Shown here: in pieces, positions 37,887 through 48,071 of the stretch
Position numbering within the stretch: position 1 is the stretch's first letter
How the letters are laid out: every line of letters starts with the position of its first letter
Assembly: GCA_045116295.1 (NCBI GenBank)
Contig: JBGULQ010000013.1
Span: forward strand, 67,745 to 131,744
From: Alphaproteobacteria bacterium
Lineage (GTDB): Bacteria > Pseudomonadota > Alphaproteobacteria > RF32 > CAG-239
Length of the DNA stretch: 64,000 nt
Direction: 5' to 3'
Notes under the pieces: generated by a model
What the model was told of the DNA's origin: nothing
What the model saw: only the letters and a program-made list of their open reading frames with translations
Database searches by the model: none
Program-made: the position numbers and the translations under genes

Positions 37887-38945
37887 ATGAAAAACATTGT
37901 TATCAAAGCACTTATAGCCACATTAACATTGGGTGTTTCCGCTTGTACAACGGACAGTGCAAATTATCCATCCTTGGTTGGATCTGATTCGCAAGAAAAT
38001 GTTTATGCAAATAACTCAAACATTGTTAACGGATCCTACACCGGTACCTTCGTCGGTCAAAGAGTTGCCGCTTTTCGCCAAGAACTAAAACAACTTAGCC
38101 AAGCACAAAAGTCAAACCAAAAAGAGCTTGATAAAATCAACTCTAACATATCGAAAAATGCCCGCTTGTACCAAAAAACCATCTCGTCTGTTCAAAACAA
38201 ATTACAGGCTGGCACCACTCCAGGCAACCCGAACATGTACGCTATGTTGCAACAAGCTCAGGGCAATGTTCAAAACATGTTTACAAACGCCAACGCGCTT
38301 GAAAACCTATCCAGCAAGACCGCTACAAATTTGACATCTGTCAACTATCTAGAAAATTCGATTGCAGCGGCATTCAACATTTCCGGTGCTGTTGATGAAG
38401 ACCACAAACAACTGCGCGACCTCCAAAGCGAGGCAATGGCTCTGGCCCAAAAAGCCTCTGCTCTCAATGAAAGCGTTTCCAGTGCGGCAAACTTCCAACA
38501 ACAAAACGCCATCCAGTCAAGTCAGGAAATTAATGCGCTTCATGATAGCGTAAGAGTTGGGAACAGCTCCGGCTCCCTTTCCAGACCTGTTCAGCGCAAT
38601 TTAAGCTCTACTCCGTTGGTGGCACCATCTCATTCTGTGGCACCGCGTCCTGCCAATGCAAACTTTGGCGGAATGCCCTTATTTTCAGTAAAATTCAATA
38701 ATAGCAATGTTAATTATCATGACGGTCTTAGCACTGCTGTCAAATCCGCCTTGAGCCGTAAACCTAACGCTGTTTTTGATGTTGTTGCCGTATCAACCGA
38801 CGCCAACCAAGATCGCGCACAATCATATGCCTCAAAAATTATGAACGAAGTCATAAATTTTGGAGCTAATGCCAACAACGTCAACTTAAATGCACGTATC
38901 AGCGAAAGATCTCCGGTTTCTGAAGTTTTGCTGTTTGTCAGATAA
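37887..38945 (+). CDS. Lipoprotein, Q/N/S-rich coiled-coil-like, no family recognised
   Basis: 352 aa. Lipobox LTLGVSAC and a long Q/N/A/S-rich helical region. Confidence 0.65.
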   Translation: MKNIVIKALIATLTLGVSACTTDSANYPSLVGSDSQENVYANNSNIVNGSYTGTFVGQRVAAFRQELKQLSQAQKSNQKELDKINSNISKNARLYQKTISSVQNKLQAGTTPGNPNMYAMLQQAQGNVQNMFTNANALENLSSKTATNLTSVNYLENSIAAAFNISGAVDEDHKQLRDLQSEAMALAQKASALNESVSSAANFQQQNAIQSSQEINALHDSVRVGNSSGSLSRPVQRNLSSTPLVAPSHSVAPRPANANFGGMPLFSVKFNNSNVNYHDGLSTAVKSALSRKPNAVFDVVAVSTDANQDRAQSYASKIMNEVINFGANANNVNLNARISERSPVSEVLLFVR

Positions 38946-38960
38946 CACCTTTTATTCAAC

Positions 38961-38991
38961 AAAAAACTCCGGATCAAATCCGGAGTTTTTT
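38961..38991. terminator. Bidirectional terminator between the lipoprotein gene and rodA
   Basis: Stem ACTCCGGA / TCCGGAGT (38966-38973 / 38979-38986), flanked by A- and T-runs. Confidence 0.8.
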
Positions 38992-38994
38992 ATT

Positions 38995-40134
38995 TTAGTC
39001 TTTTCCCAGATTCGTATCTTTATTTACATACATTGCCATAATCACGCCAAAACTCGCCATCACTGACAACATGACCGTCCCACCATATGAAATCATTGGT
39101 AAAGGCACACCCACAACCGGAATCAACCCCAACACCATTGCAATATTGATAAATATATACAAGAAATAATTGGTAGTTAGACCTATAATTGTCAGCTTTC
39201 CAAAGTAACTCGTAGTTTTAAGCGCAAAAGAATAGCTATATGCCAAAATCAAAAAGTTGATAATCACCACCGCCAGCGCTCCTATAATACCAAATTCTTC
39301 TGACAGCATAGTAAAAATAAAATCCGTATGTTTTTCCGGCAAAAAATTAAGATGACTTTGAGTCCCGCTCAAAAAACCTTTTCCAAACACTCCACCTGAC
39401 CCCAATGCTATTTTTGACTGCATTATATGATATCCTGCCCCCAATGGATCTCTTTCCGGATTGAGAAAAGTTAGAACCCTCTGCCTTTGATAGTCATGTA
39501 GAAAATGCCATGCAATCGGCATCAAAGCCACAACTCCTACTCCTACAGCGGCAAATTTCCATATTTGTACACCAACAACAAACAAAATGACACCTGTTGT
39601 CATCAACAACATCATACCTGTTCCCAAATCCGGTTGCACCATAATCAATCCTGCCGGAACCAACGCCATCAAAACCGGCGGAATAATCCCCCGAATAGTC
39701 TCGATATTTTGTAGTGTTGTAGAATGAAAATATTTTGCCAATGCCAACACCAACGCAATTTTCATCAGCTCTGACGGTTGCAACTTCATAAACCCTAGGT
39801 TTATCCATCTTGTAGCGCCCATTCCCGTGTAACCGGCAACTTCAACAACAATTAACAACAACAGCGTTACTGCATAAAAATAATAAGCATAATGCAAAAA
39901 CACTTTTATATCTACAAACACTAAAACACCCATAAAGGTTGCTCCCATGGCAAACCTTACAATATGCTTCAGCGCCCATACATTCCAATCACCATTAGCA
40001 GCAGAATATAACATAAGTACACCGACTGCTGCCAGCACAGATATAAAAAAGAAATAGGTAAAATTGATATTGTTCCATTTTTCCTTAAAAGTAAGATTCG
40101 GATTGCGAAACCCTGTTTTATAAAATTTATACAT
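38995..40134 (-). CDS. rodA: Peptidoglycan glycosyltransferase RodA (SEDS family)
   Basis: 379 aa polytopic protein. QPSELMKIALVL...QPDLGT...LPEKHTDFIF...ISYGGT motifs, downstream of mrdA. Confidence 0.95.
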   Translation of the reverse strand: MYKFYKTGFRNPNLTFKEKWNNINFTYFFFISVLAAVGVLMLYSAANGDWNVWALKHIVRFAMGATFMGVLVFVDIKVFLHYAYYFYAVTLLLLIVVEVAGYTGMGATRWINLGFMKLQPSELMKIALVLALAKYFHSTTLQNIETIRGIIPPVLMALVPAGLIMVQPDLGTGMMLLMTTGVILFVVGVQIWKFAAVGVGVVALMPIAWHFLHDYQRQRVLTFLNPERDPLGAGYHIMQSKIALGSGGVFGKGFLSGTQSHLNFLPEKHTDFIFTMLSEEFGIIGALAVVIINFLILAYSYSFALKTTSYFGKLTIIGLTTNYFLYIFINIAMVLGLIPVVGVPLPMISYGGTVMLSVMASFGVIMAMYVNKDTNLGKD

Positions 40135-41955
40135 TTACTCGTTCTCCTCATCCAAAATCAAAGCTTCTTTCAACAATTTTGACGCAATTGGTGCCGCTAC
40201 ACTGGAACCACCACCGCCATGCTCAACCAACACCGCAACTGCATATTTTGGGTTATCATGCGGAGCATACCCGACAAACAATGCATGATTTCGATATTTC
40301 CACGGTGTATCTTCTTGCCTTACAATGCCTGTTTGACGTTCTTTCATAGTAATTCGCTTGACTTGTGTTGTTCCGGTTTTGCCACACATTTTTTTACCTT
40401 TATAATCAAAAGCCGACATCAACGCAGTACCACCGGGGCGGTTAACCACGCTGCACATTCCTTCTTTAATCAAAGCCATATGCACCGGATTAATTCCCAT
40501 ATCCTTATACTTTGCAATTTTTTTAGGACTTACCTTAGTCAGGCTTGGTTCAACCATTTTTCCGCCATTGGCAATCCTTGCTGTCATTACCGCCAACTGA
40601 ATTGGTGTGGTCAAAACATAGCCTTGCCCGATTCCCGCAATCAAAGTTTCTCCGCCTTGCCACGATTCGCCTAAATTTGCCAACTTCCACGCCTTATCAG
40701 GGATGACTCCGGCTTTTTCATCATCAAATTTCAACGCTGTCTGTGAACCAAGACCAAAACGCCGCGCCATCGCCGCAATTTTATCTATTCCGACCCTGTG
40801 CGCAACCTCATAGAAAAATACGTCGCATGAATGTTGCAAAGCCTCAACTACATTCAAAGCCCCATGCCCTGGTTTTTTCCAACAATGGAAAAGGTGATTA
40901 CCAAAATTTATTTTTCCGCTGCAACCAACTCTGGTGTCTTTTGTAATTACACCGGCATCAAGAGCTGCAAGTGCCACCATCATCTTAAACGTTGACCCCG
41001 GAGAGTACCTACCCGCAATTGCCTTATTAATCAACGGCTGCTTTTCATCATATAACAAAACATTATATAAATCCTGACTTACGCCTTGTACAAAATCATT
41101 TGAATCATACGAAGGCATAGAAATAAAAGTCAAAATTTCGCCACTGTTAACATCCATTAGAACCGCTGCCCCACTTTGCTCACCAAACAGTTCATATGCT
41201 TTTTGTTGCAACCTGCTGTCCAATGTCAAATAAAGAGGCTTTCCCGATTCCCCATCTTCTCTTTCAATTTCTTTCATAATTCTGCCGACGGCATTAACCT
41301 CCAATTTCAGGTTTCCACCTTTTCCACGCAGAGTTTTTTCATAGCGCTTTTCTAGCCCGATTTTGCCAATCTTAAACCCTGGTGTTTCCAATAACGGATC
41401 GCTGTCCTTTTTCAAATCATCTTCCGAAACCGCCGCTACATACCCCAAAACATGTGCAGTCTGCTTGCCGAACGGATAGCTTCTGCTCAAACCATCATCA
41501 ACTACCACGCCCGACATTTCTCGCGTTGCCAACAATATCTTGGAAACCTCCTCCCAATTCAGCCCTTCCTTCAACTTTATTGGCACAAAACGGCGATACC
41601 TCTTCAAATCGCGACGAACACGCGCCTCTTCCTTATCACTAAGCGGCATCAACTTTTTAAATTGGCTGATTGTTTTATCTACACTGTTTGTTTGCTCTGC
41701 TACAAGCATTGCCTGAAAATTTTGCTTATTATCAGCCAACGGAATTCCGTTGCGATCATAAATAACCCCGCGCGGTGGCACCAAAATCCGCGAGGAGATT
41801 CTGTTTTCTTCCGACATTGTCCTATATTTATCGGCCTCATAAACCTGCAAATAAAACAATCTCGCAACAATGACCAACAGTAATAACAACTGGATTCCGC
41901 CCCACACCAGTGTTCTCAAAATCAAAACTTTACCCTTACTGTTATCTCTGTTCAT
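40135..41955 (-). CDS. mrdA: Penicillin-binding protein 2 (elongasome transpeptidase)
   Basis: 606 aa. SPGSTFK (SxxK), HSCD (SxN-like position) and KTGT motifs, in the mreCD-mrdA-rodA context. Confidence 0.95.
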   Translation of the reverse strand: MNRDNSKGKVLILRTLVWGGIQLLLLLVIVARLFYLQVYEADKYRTMSEENRISSRILVPPRGVIYDRNGIPLADNKQNFQAMLVAEQTNSVDKTISQFKKLMPLSDKEEARVRRDLKRYRRFVPIKLKEGLNWEEVSKILLATREMSGVVVDDGLSRSYPFGKQTAHVLGYVAAVSEDDLKKDSDPLLETPGFKIGKIGLEKRYEKTLRGKGGNLKLEVNAVGRIMKEIEREDGESGKPLYLTLDSRLQQKAYELFGEQSGAAVLMDVNSGEILTFISMPSYDSNDFVQGVSQDLYNVLLYDEKQPLINKAIAGRYSPGSTFKMMVALAALDAGVITKDTRVGCSGKINFGNHLFHCWKKPGHGALNVVEALQHSCDVFFYEVAHRVGIDKIAAMARRFGLGSQTALKFDDEKAGVIPDKAWKLANLGESWQGGETLIAGIGQGYVLTTPIQLAVMTARIANGGKMVEPSLTKVSPKKIAKYKDMGINPVHMALIKEGMCSVVNRPGGTALMSAFDYKGKKMCGKTGTTQVKRITMKERQTGIVRQEDTPWKYRNHALFVGYAPHDNPKYAVAVLVEHGGGGSSVAAPIASKLLKEALILDEENE

Positions 41956-42473
41956 TAGTTATCATCCTGCAGGCAACTATTAACTATAACTGCATTTATT
42001 CCGCCGAAAATAGGATACAACGCCACACTGATTAAATACGAAAACACCAAACTTTTAAGTGGCAAAAAATCAGCATAATAAATCGAAGTCAAAAGCCACC
42101 CGGAAAGCATCGCCATCGGCAAAAGCAACGCAAGGCCTATCCACAGCATCTCAAAAGTCTTATCATTTATATATTTAGAAATTTTAGTAACCGACAGATA
42201 CATTATCAAATACATAAACAAATGGATTCCCAGTGGTGCTAACGACAAAACATCAGAAACAACGCCCAATATAAAAACTGACATCAGCGAAAACAAATCT
42301 GAACGATACGCTGTCCAAAAATACACACACATCAATCCGAGCATAGGTCTTGCATTTGCGCTCAACTCCGATTTAAGAGGAATAAACGAAACCATTAACC
42401 ACAGTATTGAAACAAACAATGGCAACCATCTTAATACCCAATTTACAAGAGTGTCATTCCACCCCTCTCTCAT
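41955..42473 (-). CDS. mreD: Rod shape-determining protein MreD
   Basis: 172-aa hydrophobic protein between mreC and mrdA. Confidence 0.8.
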   Translation of the reverse strand: MREGWNDTLVNWVLRWLPLFVSILWLMVSFIPLKSELSANARPMLGLMCVYFWTAYRSDLFSLMSVFILGVVSDVLSLAPLGIHLFMYLIMYLSVTKISKYINDKTFEMLWIGLALLLPMAMLSGWLLTSIYYADFLPLKSLVFSYLISVALYPIFGGINAVIVNSCLQDDN

Positions 42474-43339
42474 TGACGTTCACCCTCATAAACTTCATCA
42501 GCCGGATCAGGCAGTTTATAATCAACAATCATAACATATTCAAGGCGCGACAAGTTATTTGCCGGCTCAATTTTTGCGCTGTTTTTGCTGACCGATGCAA
42601 TCTTACCAACCGGTAATCCCACCGGAAATACACCGCCGATTCCCGAAGTTACAACCTTATCACCAACATTAAGTTCCGCATCTAAAGGTAAAAATACCAG
42701 CTCCGGCCAAATATCATTTTGTCCGACCATCATCCCTCGAACACGTGTGTTTTCAATCATCACCGAAATTTTTGAGTTGATATTATTAATCAACGCAATC
42801 TTTGCATAACGTGACCCAACATCCTCAACACGACCGATAACACCCTTGTCGCTTATGGCAACCTGCCCTTTTTCAACATGATTATTTTCACCGACATACA
42901 CGGTCAGCGAATGCGCAAATGCTGTTCCTTCCTGTGCCACGACTTTTGCCGTTATAAAATCAGCTTCCGGCGGCACAACATAATTAAGCATATCTGCAAG
43001 TATTTTATTTTCTATTTCCAATGCACGATTTTTTGCATTTGCCATAATCAGCTTACGATTTTCTTCTCTCAGTGCCTGATTTTCAATATCAATTTTTCTC
43101 AAACTGCGCAAATAATCATACCCGTTCAACAACATGCTTGCAGGCATAACCAAAATCTCTGTTATAGGGGTAATAATTTCTTCCGCAGTTGTTGAGGTTT
43201 TTTCTATCAGTGCATTATTGGTTTTGTTTAGTAACATAAACACAAAAACCAACACAAACAGCACCGCAATTGCCGACTTTTTAATAGTTCTGCGCAACCT
43301 GCTTAAATGTAAAAAAAGAACTCTGCGCCTTCTTACCAC
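42470..43339 (-). CDS. mreC: Rod shape-determining protein MreC
   Basis: 289 aa. N-terminal TM, coiled coil (ENQALREENRKL) and beta-rich C-terminus with VVTSGIGGVFPVGLPVGKI. Confidence 0.92.
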   Translation of the reverse strand: MVRRRRVLFLHLSRLRRTIKKSAIAVLFVLVFVFMLLNKTNNALIEKTSTTAEEIITPITEILVMPASMLLNGYDYLRSLRKIDIENQALREENRKLIMANAKNRALEIENKILADMLNYVVPPEADFITAKVVAQEGTAFAHSLTVYVGENNHVEKGQVAISDKGVIGRVEDVGSRYAKIALINNINSKISVMIENTRVRGMMVGQNDIWPELVFLPLDAELNVGDKVVTSGIGGVFPVGLPVGKIASVSKNSAKIEPANNLSRLEYVMIVDYKLPDPADEVYEGERQ

Positions 43340-43435
43340 TGTTTTATCCCTGAAAATCGCTTAACTATGTAGTAACTAGCACATAAAACTACCGCTGGCA
43401 AATAAAAAATCCTTTTCTTTCACGCTATTTAAAAC

Positions 43436-43466
43436 TTCAAAAGAGAGGCGATCTGCCTCTCTTTTT
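43436..43466 (-). terminator. htpG terminator hairpin
   Basis: Stem AGAGAGGC / GCCTCTCT (43442-43449 / 43455-43462), with T-runs on both strands. Confidence 0.6.
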
Positions 43467-43470
43467 CCAT

Positions 43471-45324
43471 TTACATTTTACCACTGTTCACACTTTGCAA
43501 TATATAATCACTTATCGTGCTTACATAAAAAGACGGATCCCCTATAGGCTCTCCTTCTGCAATTTTTGCTTGGTCAAGCAAAATTTTAGCAATTTTTTCA
43601 ATCTCCGGCTTATTCTTTTTATCTTCCATCATTTCACACATTTTAATAATCAGAGGATGATAAGGATTAAGCTCCAATATTCTGGTAGAATTAAATGCCG
43701 TCTGCTGTTGATGACTACGCATCAAACGCTCCAAGTGTATACTCATTTGACCGTTTTCAACTGTCAAACTTGCCGGACTGGAGGCCAATCGCTCGGTAAC
43801 CGATACTTTTCCCAGTTCGTCCTTAAACAATTCGCTTAACAACTTTACCAATTTATCAAGACTACCTTCATCAGCTTTTGGTTCTTTACGCTCAATTTTA
43901 AGATCCAAATCGGTCTGTGCAATATGTTTTATCGGCTTACCTTTATAGTTCGGCAACGTCTGCGTCCAGAACTCATCTATCGGATCAACCAACAACAATA
44001 CTTCCAGTCCCTTTTGCCTAAAGGCTTCCAACTGCGGATTATTAGCCAAAACTTTTACATCGTCACCGGTAATATAATAAATATCTTTCTGCTCTGGTTT
44101 CATGCGTTCTATATATGCATCAAGCGTTGTCAACTTTGTAGCGTCATTAGTAGAACTAAACAGTGACAATCCTGCAATTTCTTCTCTATTTGCAAAATCT
44201 TCATAAATTCCTTCCTTAAACGCCATACCGAAACTATTCCAAAATTTGATATAATCATCATAATTTTCTGCGCGTTTTTTCAACTCCTTAAGCAATCTTC
44301 CGACAATTCCGTGTTTAATTTTTGCAATTAATGCATTTTGCTGCAACATTTCACGAGAAATATTCAATGGTAAATCAGATGAATCAACGATTCCCTTCAC
44401 AAATCTCAGATAATTCGGCATCAGCTCCTCAACCTTATCAGATATAAACACCCTATTGACATAGAGCTTCAGCCCATGTTTTTGATCGGGTTGGAACAAA
44501 TCAGCCGGCTGGGTTGATGGAATAAACAACAGCGACGTATATTCAATATTTCCCTCTGCCTTAAAATGCAAAGTCAACCACGGATCATCAAAATTATGAG
44601 AAATATGCTGATAAAAATCCTTGTACTGTTCCTGAGTAATCTCGCTTTTATTTCTCGTCCACAGTGCTGAGCCGGTATTTATTGTTTCATCTCCGGCTTT
44701 TCCCATATTGAGCACAATCGGATAATTAATATGATCCGAATATGTGCGCACCAAATGTCTCAGATAAATTGTATCAGTAAAATTCTTGTCTTCAGCCTTA
44801 AGATAAAGTTTTATTTCTGTACCGATTCCATCTTTCGTTGCTTCTTCAATCTCAAATCCGTCAATTCCGTTTGAAATCCACTTATATGCTTGTTTTTCGC
44901 CCGCCTTTTTGGTAACAATTTCGACTTTATCCGCAACCATAAATGCCGAATAAAAACCAACACCAAACTGTCCGATAAGCTCTGCAACCGAACCGTTTTC
45001 CTTCATATTAGCAACAAATTCGGAAGTACCGGATTTAGCAATCGTGCCAAGATGATTAATCAAATCCTCTTTGTTCATACCGATACCATTATCAGAAATT
45101 GTCAATGTATTGGCTTTATCATCCGGCCGTAAAACAATTTTCAGTTCACCATTGCCCTTTGCAATCTCGGGTTTACTCAACATCAAATATTTCAATTTAT
45201 CACAGGCATCTGATGCATTTGAAATCAATTCTCTCAAAAAAATATATTTTTCGGAATACAATGAATTGACAACAATATTCAGCATTTTGTTGACTTCTGC
45301 CTGAAAGTTCATTTTTTCACTCAT
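43471..45324 (-). CDS. htpG: Molecular chaperone HtpG (Hsp90)
   Basis: ORF 43471-45342. GGAG sits 6 nt before the ATG at 45324. FQAEVNKMLNIVVNSLYSEKYIFLRELISNASDACDKL and GQFGVGFYSAFMVADKV. Confidence 0.97.
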   Translation of the reverse strand: MSEKMNFQAEVNKMLNIVVNSLYSEKYIFLRELISNASDACDKLKYLMLSKPEIAKGNGELKIVLRPDDKANTLTISDNGIGMNKEDLINHLGTIAKSGTSEFVANMKENGSVAELIGQFGVGFYSAFMVADKVEIVTKKAGEKQAYKWISNGIDGFEIEEATKDGIGTEIKLYLKAEDKNFTDTIYLRHLVRTYSDHINYPIVLNMGKAGDETINTGSALWTRNKSEITQEQYKDFYQHISHNFDDPWLTLHFKAEGNIEYTSLLFIPSTQPADLFQPDQKHGLKLYVNRVFISDKVEELMPNYLRFVKGIVDSSDLPLNISREMLQQNALIAKIKHGIVGRLLKELKKRAENYDDYIKFWNSFGMAFKEGIYEDFANREEIAGLSLFSSTNDATKLTTLDAYIERMKPEQKDIYYITGDDVKVLANNPQLEAFRQKGLEVLLLVDPIDEFWTQTLPNYKGKPIKHIAQTDLDLKIERKEPKADEGSLDKLVKLLSELFKDELGKVSVTERLASSPASLTVENGQMSIHLERLMRSHQQQTAFNSTRILELNPYHPLIIKMCEMMEDKKNKPEIEKIAKILLDQAKIAEGEPIGDPSFYVSTISDYILQSVNSGKM

Positions 45325-45463
45325 TTTCATCTCCACAAACATTCGTTGCTTATTATATGGGGAGCAAAAAATCCTTTCGCAAGTGAGTTACATTATTTTT
45401 TACTTGATTTTATATTAAATCTGGTTAGATTGAGGTTTGAATATAATAACAAGGAGATAAACC

Positions 45464-45703
45464 ATGGTTTCTGTTGTTAATGACAGTTGTATTAAGTGCA
45501 AATCTTGCGCAGACGTATGCCCTGTTGATGCTTTTCATGAAGGTGATACCCAATTGGTAGTTGATCCCGATACATGCATCAGCTGTGGCGTTTGCATTTC
45601 TGAATGCCCGCAAGAAGCTATCAGCCCTGAAGAAGAAGCTGACCCAAAATGGGTTGCTTTCAACGCTGAAAACGCCAAAAATTGGCCGAACGCTAACGAA
45701 TAG
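45464..45703 (+). CDS. fdxA: 2x[4Fe-4S]-type ferredoxin
   Basis: 79 aa. CIKCKSCADVCP and CISCGVCISECP cluster motifs. AAGGAGA RBS. Confidence 0.9.
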   Translation: MVSVVNDSCIKCKSCADVCPVDAFHEGDTQLVVDPDTCISCGVCISECPQEAISPEEEADPKWVAFNAENAKNWPNANE

Positions 45704-45712
45704 AGCTTTTAC

Positions 45713-45744
45713 AAAAAAACCGCTCAAAATTGAGCGGTTTTTTA
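45713..45744. terminator. Bidirectional terminator between the ferredoxin gene and pyk
   Basis: Stem ACCGCTCA / TGAGCGGT (45719-45726 / 45731-45738), with A- and T-runs. Confidence 0.8.
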
Positions 45745-45749
45745 TTATC

Positions 45750-47171
45750 CTACCCTATATGTACCGTATGCAAAATGTTTGTACGCCCCTTTACCCCTAA
45801 GGGGAAGCCTCCGGTAATAATTATATGATTTCCGTGATGGACCAATCCGCTGTCCAAAGCTGCCTGAACGGCATTATCCTCAAACTTATCAAAACTTGAA
45901 AAATGAGATTTTTTAACCACCGGACGAGCACCCCAAACCAAAGCCAATTTACAAGCAACCTTTTCATCAGGCGTAAGCGCAATGATTGGAATATTTGGCC
46001 TCTCTCTGGCTATCAAAAACGTTGTTTTTCCCGAAGTTGTATAAGTCACAACCGCCGCAACTTTTAAAACCTTGGATATTTCGTTGGCTGCATAAGCTAT
46101 TGAATCCGCTTCTCCAATACAGAAACTTACCCCCTGATTTTTCTTTATGCTTTGGAAAAACTGAGGATCCGACTCAACCTGAGTAATAATTTTATTCATC
46201 ATCTTTACCGCTCCGACCGGATATTTTCCGACTGCAGTCTCTGCTGACAACATAACTGCGTCACACCCGTCATACACAGCCGTTGCCACATCTGAAACCT
46301 CCGCCCTTGTCGGTGTCGGCTTTTCAATCATAGATTCCAACATCTGCGTTGCTACAATCACCGGTCGTGCAAACTTGCGGCATGCATTAACTATTTTCTT
46401 CTGCAAAACCGGCACTGTTTGCAACGGACATTCTACTCCTAAATCACCACGAGCAACCATAATTGCATCTGACAGATGAATAATTTCATCCAACTCCTCA
46501 ATTGCACTTGGTTTTTCAAGCTTAGAAATAATCATTGCTTTGTCGCCGATAAGTTTTCTCGCCTCTTTCACATCTTCAACCGACTGCACAAAAGACAAGC
46601 AAACCCAGTCTACACCAAGCTTAAGTGCAAATTTTAAATCATCACGATCTTTCTCGGTGATAGCAGATATCGGCAACTTTACATTCGGCAAATTTACTCC
46701 CTTATGACTTGACAATTCACCGCCAACTTTTACGATTGTAACTGCACTGTTTGAGGTTTTTGACTTTATTTTCAACACAATGTTTCCGTCATTAAGCAAC
46801 AATTCATCACCGACCTTAATTGCCGCAAAAATTTCCTTATGCGGCAAAGTGACGCGTTCTTTTGTCCCTAGCTCATTTTTCATATCGAGAACAAATTTTT
46901 GCCCTGCCTCAAGCACAACACCACCTTTTTCAAACTCTCCGACCCGCAGTTTTGGTCCCTGCATATCTGCAACCACTGCGATATAACGTCCTTTTTGCTT
47001 GGCCAATTTTCGAACAACACTCAAACGCTGCTTGTGTTCCTGATGTGTTCCATGACTGAAATTAAAACGAAAAGCATCAACTCCGGCATCTATCAGTTCT
47101 GCAATTTTTTCATCACTTGCTGTTGCCGGTCCTATTGTGGCTAAAATGCGTGTACATGTATTTTTTGGCAT
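45750..47171 (-). CDS. pyk: Pyruvate kinase
   Basis: 473 aa. ILATIGPA...FRFNFSHG...MQGPKLR...MVARGDLGVE...ATQMLESM. Confidence 0.97.
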   Translation of the reverse strand: MPKNTCTRILATIGPATASDEKIAELIDAGVDAFRFNFSHGTHQEHKQRLSVVRKLAKQKGRYIAVVADMQGPKLRVGEFEKGGVVLEAGQKFVLDMKNELGTKERVTLPHKEIFAAIKVGDELLLNDGNIVLKIKSKTSNSAVTIVKVGGELSSHKGVNLPNVKLPISAITEKDRDDLKFALKLGVDWVCLSFVQSVEDVKEARKLIGDKAMIISKLEKPSAIEELDEIIHLSDAIMVARGDLGVECPLQTVPVLQKKIVNACRKFARPVIVATQMLESMIEKPTPTRAEVSDVATAVYDGCDAVMLSAETAVGKYPVGAVKMMNKIITQVESDPQFFQSIKKNQGVSFCIGEADSIAYAANEISKVLKVAAVVTYTTSGKTTFLIARERPNIPIIALTPDEKVACKLALVWGARPVVKKSHFSSFDKFEDNAVQAALDSGLVHHGNHIIITGGFPLGVKGRTNILHTVHIG

Positions 47172-47315
47172 ACTTTTTTCCCATGATAATTGCGTTACAA
47201 ACAGTATTCAATATAAGATTTAATTTTTGGTAAAGTACAAATTTATTTCTTGTCAAAAGATATCGCTTTTGCTAATCTCTCTAGCAATATTTTAATGATT
47301 AATAAGGAGAAAGAA

Positions 47316-47558
47316 ATGACCGAAGTTGGAGGAATAGCCACCGACCGTTTACGCTCACTGATTGAGCGTATTGAGCGACTTGAAGAAGAAAAAAAAGCCC
47401 TTGGTGGCGATATTCGTGACATTTATGCAGAGGCAAAATCTGCCGGATTTGATGTCAAAATCATGCGTACAATCATCAAATTACGCAAAATGAATGCCAG
47501 CGACCGCGAAGAACAGGAGTACCTGCTCGACACATATCGCAAAGCTTTAGACTTATAA
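47316..47558 (+). CDS. gapR: DUF2312/UPF0335 protein (GapR-like nucleoid-associated protein)
   Basis: ORF 47250-47558. AAGGAGA before the ATG at 47316. LRSLIERIERLEEEKKALGGDIRDIYAEAKSAGFDVKIMRTIIKLRKM is the family signature. Confidence 0.88.
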   Translation: MTEVGGIATDRLRSLIERIERLEEEKKALGGDIRDIYAEAKSAGFDVKIMRTIIKLRKMNASDREEQEYLLDTYRKALDL

Positions 47559-48071
47559 TTTTAACACAACACCGATAATACCGCCGAGTATAATGTATAA
47601 AACGGGGTGCATTTTCACAAAGTGTATTGCACCCCAAAATATTAGTGCAATACCAATTATCTCCGGACTGATCAAAACCATTTTTCCTAGTTCGATTCCC
47701 GCAAACAAAATCATCGCTATTGACGCCGGATGCACAGCATACATCAAATTTTCAAACACCGAGGATTGACGATACCTATCAAGGATTCTTGCTATAATCA
47801 TAACAATAATCAACGATGGCATAACCAGTCCGATCGTAGCTACGATTCCCCCAAAAACGCCTGCCGTTTTGAACCCAACATAAGTAGCCATGTTTACCCC
47901 TATCGGTCCCGGAGACGATTCGGAAACAGCAATCATATCAACCAGTTCTTGCGAACTAAACCAACCATACTTTGAAGACAGATCAAACAGAAAAGGCACC
48001 GTCACCAAACCACCGCCCAAGGCAAACAGCCCTATTTTGAAAAACTCAAAAAACAACAAAAAACATATCAT
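47553..48071 (-). CDS. Chromate transporter (CHR) family protein, second half-size subunit
   Basis: 172 aa. FFKIGLFALGGGLVTVPFL and PGPIGVNMATYVG are CHR motifs. Confidence 0.85.
   Translation of the reverse strand: MICFLLFFEFFKIGLFALGGGLVTVPFLFDLSSKYGWFSSQELVDMIAVSESSPGPIGVNMATYVGFKTAGVFGGIVATIGLVMPSLIIVMIIARILDRYRQSSVFENLMYAVHPASIAMILFAGIELGKMVLISPEIIGIALIFWGAIHFVKMHPVLYIILGGIIGVVLKL

Noticed and set aside
45425-45800. ORFs 45425-45727 (-) and 45561-45800 (+) overlapping the ferredoxin gene and terminator
   Set aside because: The ferredoxin frame has two perfect CxxCxxCxxxCP motifs and a consensus RBS. The alternatives are antisense or out-of-frame, and they run through the terminator.
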